Position numbers and translations under genes: made by a program | Assembly (NCBI GenBank): GCA_046327845.1 | Contig: JAXLXQ010000008.1 | Span: 37,202-101,201 of the forward strand | Direction: 5' to 3' | Length of the DNA: 64,000 nucleotides | Source: Candidatus Eiseniibacteriota bacterium | Lineage (GTDB): Bacteria; Eisenbacteria; RBG-16-71-46; CAIMUX01 | The notes under the pieces: model-generated | Told to the model about the DNA's origin: nothing | Databases searched by the model: none | The model's input: the letters and a program-made list of their open reading frames with translations, nothing else | In this document: in pieces, positions 58,412 to 64,000 of the stretch | How the letters are laid out: every line of letters begins with the position of its first letter | Numbering within the stretch: position 1 is the stretch's first letter

Positions 58412-58633
58412 ACTGCCGGCTGTTCGGAGGAGTAAGCCATGCCACCCGACGCGCCCAGTCCGGTCTACTTCATCGCCACCCTGCGCGTCCGCGATGTCGA
58501 GCGATACCGAAGCGAGTACGGGCGCAGGGTGCTTCCACTCTTGGCGGCGGTCGGCGCGAAGGCGCGAGATCGAGCCCGGCTCGGTGGCCCGCGTCGAAGC
58601 GGAACTCGGTAGCCCGTTCAACGGAGGAAGACG

Positions 58634-59071
58634 ATGCGTTGGATCACACGCACACACATTCATGTCGATCGAGTCGCCTGCCCGTGGTTGATTCGGCGAT
58701 TCGTCGACTCGCAGGCGGAGTTCCTCTTCGTGGCGCGCGAGCGAGTGGGCGCGGTCGCCGCCGAGCATCGCGCGATCCCCTTCGATGTCGCGGACGTGGA
58801 GCTTGGCCATCACGCGGGGAAGTGCTCCTTCGAGGCGATCATGACGAAGTACGCGCTGACCGACCCGGCATTGGAGCGGATGGCGCGCATCGTTCACGCG
58901 GCGGACATCGCGGCCGACTTGGCGACCGATCCGATCGCGCCTGGCTTGGAGGCGATCGCGGCCGGCTTCAGTCTCTTGATTCCCGACGACCACGCGAACC
59001 TCGAGGCGCAGTTCCCGCTCTACGACGCGCTCTACGCCTGGTGTCGTCTGCAGGTGGCCGCGGGCCGATAG
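58634..59071 (+). CDS. Chromate-resistance ChrB-domain-like protein
   Basis: MRWITRTHIHVDRVACPWLIRRFVDSQAEFLFV... resembles the Chrome_Resist family N-terminus. Confidence 0.5.
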   Translation: MRWITRTHIHVDRVACPWLIRRFVDSQAEFLFVARERVGAVAAEHRAIPFDVADVELGHHAGKCSFEAIMTKYALTDPALERMARIVHAADIAADLATDPIAPGLEAIAAGFSLLIPDDHANLEAQFPLYDALYAWCRLQVAAGR

Positions 59072-59105
59072 ATGCGGGGTGGGACGGCACCCGCGGAGGA
59101 GACGT

Positions 59106-59591
59106 ATGAGCCTCTCGACTGACCTTGTGGGCACCTGGATGCTCGAGTCGCGCATTGACGTGGACGGGGCCGGAGTTCCCCACCTCGATCCGCTCTTGGG
59201 CGAAGATCCGATCGCTCTCTTGTTCTACGACCGCTCGGGGCACTTCGCCGCGCAGTTCATGAGGCGCGATCGCTCGGTCGTCGTGGCGAGCGGGCCGGCC
59301 AACGCGGCGAACAACACGCAGGCACAGGGTGGCTACGACGCCTACTTCGGCACCTACAGCGTCGACGATGCGCGCGGCGTCGTGACGCAGCAGCTGCTCG
59401 GATCGCTCTCCGCTGGCAACGTCGGCATGGTGCTCTCGCGGGCGATGGAGGTGAGGGGCGACGCGCTGATCATCCGCTTGGAGACCACTGCGTACGACGG
59501 CGTGCCGGTGGTGCGCACGCTCACCTGGCGTCGGCTCCGAGAGAACGCGCTCGAGCGTGGTTCAGGCGGAACGAGCGGGACCGCGAGCTGA
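59106..59591 (+). CDS. Lipocalin-like domain protein
   Basis: DLVGTWMLESRIDVDGAG... is the lipocalin-like LVGTW motif. The size is ~160 aa. Confidence 0.5.
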   Translation: MSLSTDLVGTWMLESRIDVDGAGVPHLDPLLGEDPIALLFYDRSGHFAAQFMRRDRSVVVASGPANAANNTQAQGGYDAYFGTYSVDDARGVVTQQLLGSLSAGNVGMVLSRAMEVRGDALIIRLETTAYDGVPVVRTLTWRRLRENALERGSGGTSGTAS

Positions 59592-59595
59592 GCCC

Positions 59596-60311
59596 ATGCA
59601 GCCGGACGCGAAGCGGATCGTGGAGGAGGGATACGACCGCATCGCCCATCTCCACGCGGAGTGGGCAGCGCGCGTGCGCTCCGAGGAACGCGCCCGCTAC
59701 CTCGCCGCGTTCTGCGCGCGGGTCCCTGCCGGCGCGAGTGTCCTGGAACTGGGGTGCGGCGCTGGCGGCGCGGTGACGGACGCTCTCGCCGCTCGCTACC
59801 ACCTCACCGCCATCGATCTCTCGCGGCGCGCGATCGAAGCGGCGCGACTTCGCACCCCGCTCGCTCGATTCCTTCATGAAGACATGACGGGAGCCGACTT
59901 CCCGGCCGCGAGCTTTGCGGGAATCGTCGGGTTCTACTCGATCCTCCACGTCCCGCGCGAGGAGCAGGCCGCGCTGCTCTCACGGATCGCCAGTTGGCTC
60001 CAAGTCGGCGGCCTGTTCATGGCAGCCCTCGGCACGGCCGACGAGGCGCGGAGCTACGAAGACAACTGGTTGGGCGTCCGATGGTCTGGAGTTCACACGA
60101 CACCGCGACAACGTGCAGCATGGTGCGGGCCGCAGGCTTCGAGATCGAGAGCGCGGTGGTCAAGTCCGCGGATGAAGATGGCCAGGCGGTGTCGTTCCTT
60201 TGGATCATCGCGCGAAGGCCCGGCGCGGCGGTCGACGCCAATAGCGGCTCCTTGCTTCGAACCGGAGCTGGTCCCAGCGGTGACGGCGAATCACACGCAC
60301 GGGAGGAATAG
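59596..60311 (+). CDS. Class I SAM-dependent methyltransferase with an apparent -1 frameshift near 60070-60080
   Basis: The SAM motif is VLELGCGAGGAVTDAL. The N-terminal part (to ...SYEDNWLG) is in the 59557 frame. The C-terminal part (PMVWSSHDTATTCSMVRAAGFEIESAVVKSADEDGQAVSFLWIIARRP) is in the 59994 frame. Confidence 0.7.
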
Positions 60312-60393
60312 CCGCGGCGTCGAGTCAAGACTGTTGCTCCTCAGACGGCCAATTCACGGACAATTGTGGAAGCGCTTCTCGCGGAGGTAGCCA

Positions 60394-61011
60394 GTGTATC
60401 AACACATCGTCGACCCGGACTTCATGGCAGAGGTCTCCTCGGGAAAGTACACACGCTGGGCATCGACACTCAGCGCCGACACGCTCGAAGCCCTCCTCTG
60501 GCTCATCGGTACCTTTGGCGCGCGATTCAGCGTGCTTCGCAGGGAAATGGGCTTCTACGCGGGACCGGTGTTCTGCTTGCACATGGGTAGCGAACATCGC
60601 GTGCACGGCGCCATCCACGCACTTGCGACGATTCAATCCGGGGAGCCGGTTACGTGGGGCATGTACCTGTTTACACACACGCACTTGTCCTCGGAGCGGA
60701 GGGTGTTCGACTCGGAGTATCAGCAACGATTGGCGCAGCGCGAACAAACCCGCTGGGCAAGCGGACTGGACGAGCAGTCGCTCGCACTGCTGATCTGGAT
60801 GGTGGGCGAGTACAGCGGGCGGGTGCGCAGTCACCTGCCCCCTCCAAGCTTCCCCGTTGCGCCGGATGATGAGTGGACGCTCCGGAACGCGCTCACGTTG
60901 ATCTCGATGATCTACGATGGACGGGAGCTAACCGTACTCGAGGCGGAGAAGTTCATGGCTGACCTGAATGGAATCGCACCTTCATCTTCGAGCCCTGGCC
61001 GATGCGCGTGA
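60394..61011 (+). CDS. Hypothetical protein with an internal duplication
   Basis: Two homologous halves are present (TRWASTLSADTLEALLWLIGTFGARF... and TRWASGLDEQSLALLIWMVGEYSGRV...). Confidence 0.4.
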   Translation: MYQHIVDPDFMAEVSSGKYTRWASTLSADTLEALLWLIGTFGARFSVLRREMGFYAGPVFCLHMGSEHRVHGAIHALATIQSGEPVTWGMYLFTHTHLSSERRVFDSEYQQRLAQREQTRWASGLDEQSLALLIWMVGEYSGRVRSHLPPPSFPVAPDDEWTLRNALTLISMIYDGRELTVLEAEKFMADLNGIAPSSSSPGRCA

Positions 61012-61622
61012 ACGGCGAGAACGGACATCCCGGCAATGCTGACGAGTGCGGTGAACCGTGTGAGGAGCACGAGCGTAAATGGCTGGATTTCACGACAACA
61101 CCCGTCGACACCTGGTCTGACTTCGCCGCCCTCGTCGAGCGGCACAAGGGGATTTGGGGCTGCTCGAACACGCGGCAGGGTGCGCGACGCGCATCGCTGC
61201 GAGAAGAAGGAGTGCCGCGTTCGCGAGGGCACGTCTACGCGGCGCTCGTGTACGACGGCACGACGTGCGTCGGATGGCCGCTCCGGTTCGCCGGAAGAAC
61301 TGCCGCGCATCAAGCACCTGCGCGCCTACAGCGCGAATTCCCGGAGACCCTGCCCGACCGAACGGATCACCTGCTTCTTCGTCGACAAGGCGTACAGAGG
61401 ACGCGGCGTCGCTCGCACTGCCTGGCCGGCGCGCTTCGGGAGATCGCCGCCTCGGCGGCGGCACGGTGGAGAGCTACCCAGAAGACGCCGAGGGTCGTAC
61501 CGTATCGGCCTCCTTCCTCCACAACGGTCGGCTGTCCACCTTCGAGAAGGCGGCTTCGCGCGGTGGTGTTCGGGCAAGAATCACTGGTCGTGGCTAAGGT
61601 CGTCAAGGCGAGCGCACGTTGA
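61002..61622 (+). pseudogene. Degraded GNAT-like acetyltransferase; pieces lie in three frames
   Basis: The fragments are ITCFFVDKAYRGRGVARTA (frame 1), then LAGALREIAASAAAR (frame 0), then GGTVESYPEDAEGRTVSASFLHNGRLSTFEKA (frame 2). The order and spacing fit GNAT motifs A and B, each step being a -1 shift. Confidence 0.4.
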
Positions 61623-61680
61623 CCCGCGAAGTCGCGAATCAAAAGACGCCCTCGCCCCGAATCGAAGGTCGGTAGCTGGA

Positions 61681-62770
61681 TGTTCATCACCGTCGGTGAC
61701 GCGCAGATCTTCTCGGTGGCGTTCGCCCGCCAAGCGCCCCGGCCATCCTCGGCATCGGCGGGTGGATCGGCGTGGTTTCGTGGGCGCTCCCTTCGCTCGA
61801 CTTCCTCCGCCACCTGGTACACGGTTGCTTACGACCACCGAGGTTCGGGCGCCACTGCTGCGCTGCTCCATCGATCACGGTCGAAGCGTTCGACCGCCGA
61901 CTTTCGCGGTGATGGATGCCTACAGGCTCACGCGCTGCTATCTCGCGGCGGAATCGGCCGGCGCGGTGGACTGGGCAAGCTGGAGTGCCGCGTCGAGCGT
62001 CCAGATCGCATCGCCGGGCTGATCCTCGTCGACGGGCACTGTGGCGGCGGCGTTCGCGGCGACGACGACCCCTTCCTCGTCGGGCTGATGTCCAACTACT
62101 CGCCACGCTTGATGCCTTCGTGGAGGCCTGCGTGCCTGAGCCCGACCGCGATTCCGATCAAGCGCTGGGGTCGTCAGATTCTCGGGCGAGCGGAGCGCGA
62201 CGCAGCGATCGCATCATCGCGGCGGCCAGCGTGGCCGACTTCGGCGATCGTCTCCGTATTCGAGCAGCCCACATTGATTCTTCGCCGCGAGCGCGACTCG
62301 ATCAGCCGTCGACTCCGCGCTGCTGAGCGCGACGCTGCCGCGCGCGGCTTGCACTTGCCGGGCGCCGGTCGCCGTGCCGACGATGACCTCGCCTGGACGA
62401 GGTCGCACGCGAGATCGACCGCTTCCTCCGCGCGACGTTCGCCCAAGGTTGAGGAGCGACGAGGAGACCCGATGCACCGCTACGTCTACCTGGGAGTTCG
62501 AGCGCCGAGCGCCGCAACGAGGGCCAGGCGCCACTACGGCCCGAACGGCACCTGGGCGCAGCTCTTCCGCCGCGCCCCGGGCTACCTCGAGACGCTCCTC
62601 CTCGAAGATCAACACGCGCCCACCCGCTTCCTGACGATCGATCGATGGGCGAGAGCAGCGAGGCACACGAAGCATTCATGCGCGCGAGTCGATCGGAGTA
62701 CGAACGCATCGACCGACTCTGCGAGGCGCTCACTGTCAGCGAGCGGAGCCTCGGCTCATACTGGGAGCTA
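61681..62770 (+). pseudogene. Degraded alpha/beta-hydrolase-fold protein; fragments across frames
   Basis: The fragments are MFITVGDAQIFSVAF..., ...YTVAYDHRGSG... and ...PDRIAGLILVDG..., interleaved with out-of-frame stretches. Confidence 0.4.
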
Positions 62771-62861
62771 GCCTCCGACGGGGATTGACCGCGAGTGAAT
62801 CGATCGTGATCGCGCACTCGCGTGGCGTGAGCCACCCCAGGATCGCTACACTCCCCAGCCG

Positions 62862-63251
62862 ATGGCTTCCGTGCAACTGATCGACATCGACTCGTCCGTG
62901 CGCGAGCAGTGCCTGAACCTACGGCTGCGTCCGGACCAGATGGCGTTCGTACCCGACGTCGCATCCTCGCTGGTGCTCGCGACGCGCTACCCGAAGGCGA
63001 GGCCGATGGCCGTGGTGGTCGGCGAGAAGGTCGTCGGATTCTCGATGCACGGAATCGACGAAGCATCAGGTTCGTGGAAGATCTACCGGCTGATCATCGA
63101 CGCGGACTCGCAGGGCATGGGGTTCGGGCGCGCGACCCTGCGCGAGCTGGTTCGCCTCTTGGAGGCTGAAGCCGGCGCCACAACGATTCTCGTGTCGTAC
63201 AACGAGGAGAACGAACTGGCCATCGATCACCGGAGGGTCTCGAAGAGGTGA
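62862..63251 (+). CDS. Small GNAT-like acetyltransferase (C-terminal ~15 aa appear frameshifted)
   Basis: It reads MHGIDEASGSWKIYRLIIDADSQGMGFGRATLRELVRLLEAEAGATTILVSYNEENELAI. The expected ...GF...GE.DG.V.ARW tail is found in another frame (GEADGKVTARW). Confidence 0.5.
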   Translation: MASVQLIDIDSSVREQCLNLRLRPDQMAFVPDVASSLVLATRYPKARPMAVVVGEKVVGFSMHGIDEASGSWKIYRLIIDADSQGMGFGRATLRELVRLLEAEAGATTILVSYNEENELAIDHRRVSKR

Positions 63252-63807
63252 GGCCGATGGCAAGGTGACAGCACGCTGGCGCAGCACCACGCAGTGAATC
63301 GAGCGCGACGCCAGACCTCAAGCGAAGGCGTGGAGACATCGCTTCAGGCGCGCACCCGAGTGCGCACGCGAAGCGCATGACCGCGTCAACGATTCGTTGC
63401 GTGCAATTGAAGGAGGCAAGTCCGCGGCATGACCGAGCCCGAGTTCATCAGCGTCACGCTCGGCGCGGAGCACGACTCCGCGCCAGGGCGCGACTCCTGT
63501 CGGCGGTCGCCGCGCGCGGCGGCAGCATCGTCGAGTCGTCTTACGGCGTCGGCGGTTCGCAGGAAGTCATCGACTACGAGGTGCGCCTGCCCGAGGGTCG
63601 CCTACATCTCGCGTCGGAGACCTACGTCGGCCTCGTCCTTGATCGACGCGCGGATTCTGGTCGACGCGCTCTCGCGAGAAGCGTAGTGCCTGATTCGCGA
63701 ATCCCGGCTACCATCCGCGACGGCACCAGCCGCCCCCGCGTGTGCGCGTAGCGTCCGCACCCGCCTGCGCGACGGCGCGTCTGACGAAACGACTGGAGGT
63801 CCCATTG

Positions 63808-64000
63808 AATCGTCCGCAGCTTCTTCTCTCCGCCATCGTCGCGGTCTCCGGCTGCACGCCGTCCGCGATGTCCGGCTCGAACGATGACCTGGCCGGCGCC
63901 TGGCGTTCGTCGGTGCACTTCGACTCCGGCGACTTCGCCGGACTCTCCGACCTCGAGTTCCTCTACGCGTTCAACTCGGGCGGCACGATGACCGAGTCGT
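63808..64000 (+). CDS. 5' part of a lipoprotein gene (lipocalin-like start); continues beyond the window
   Basis: The RBS ggagg is 6 nt upstream of a TTG start. The signal and lipobox are LNRPQLLLSAIVAVSGC, followed by LAGAWRSSVHFDSG.... Confidence 0.45.

Noticed and set aside
1-64000. CRISPR arrays, tRNA/rRNA genes, IS elements or integrases
   Set aside because: No regularly spaced direct repeats, no tRNA-like cloverleaf candidates and no transposase or integrase-like ORFs were seen. The only tandem repeats are the coding microsatellite at 9720-9850 and short in-gene repeats.

Overview
This is a high-GC (~68-70%) bacterial chromosomal segment. Gene content points to a Gemmatimonadota-like FCB-group organism (inference only): GWxTD lipoproteins, secreted proteins with T9SS/FlgD-Ig-like C-terminal domains, TPR-fused Ser/Thr kinases, and BNR and beta-propeller surface proteins.

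Solid calls:
- a secreted S8 subtilisin;
- an ABC-F (Uup-like) ATPase;
- a molybdate uptake operon with an atypical HTH-TOBE regulator followed by modA, modB and modC;
- an FHA-domain AAA+ (NtrC-like) regulator next to two tandem Ser/Thr-kinase-TPR genes;
- a ~1550-aa Fn3/ASH/beta-propeller surface lipoprotein;
- an RNase II-family enzyme, a flotillin, an S9 peptidase and adenosine deaminase;
- a YidE/AspT-family transporter and glycine dehydrogenase GcvP;
- threonine aldolase, an ECF sigma factor and several small enzymes.

No rRNA, tRNA, CRISPR array, transposase or integrase was recognised.

Three things stand out.
- At least 8-10 genes are interrupted by apparent single-nucleotide deletions, almost all -1, plus one in-frame TAG. 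This density of -1 indels is probably systematic sequencing error, although local gene decay in the 3' part cannot be excluded.
- The ~50.2-53.5 kb block has a different composition: a G-skewed segment with G/T-ending codons, a lower-GC lipoprotein gene and a lower-GC esterase gene.
- Two candidate signalling modules look under-described: kinase-kinase-FHA-bEBP lacking GAFTGA, and ECF sigma, small membrane protein, two-DTG membrane-anchored aspartic protease.

The six-frame track also contains many long antisense ORFs that are GC-driven artefacts; these were rejected.
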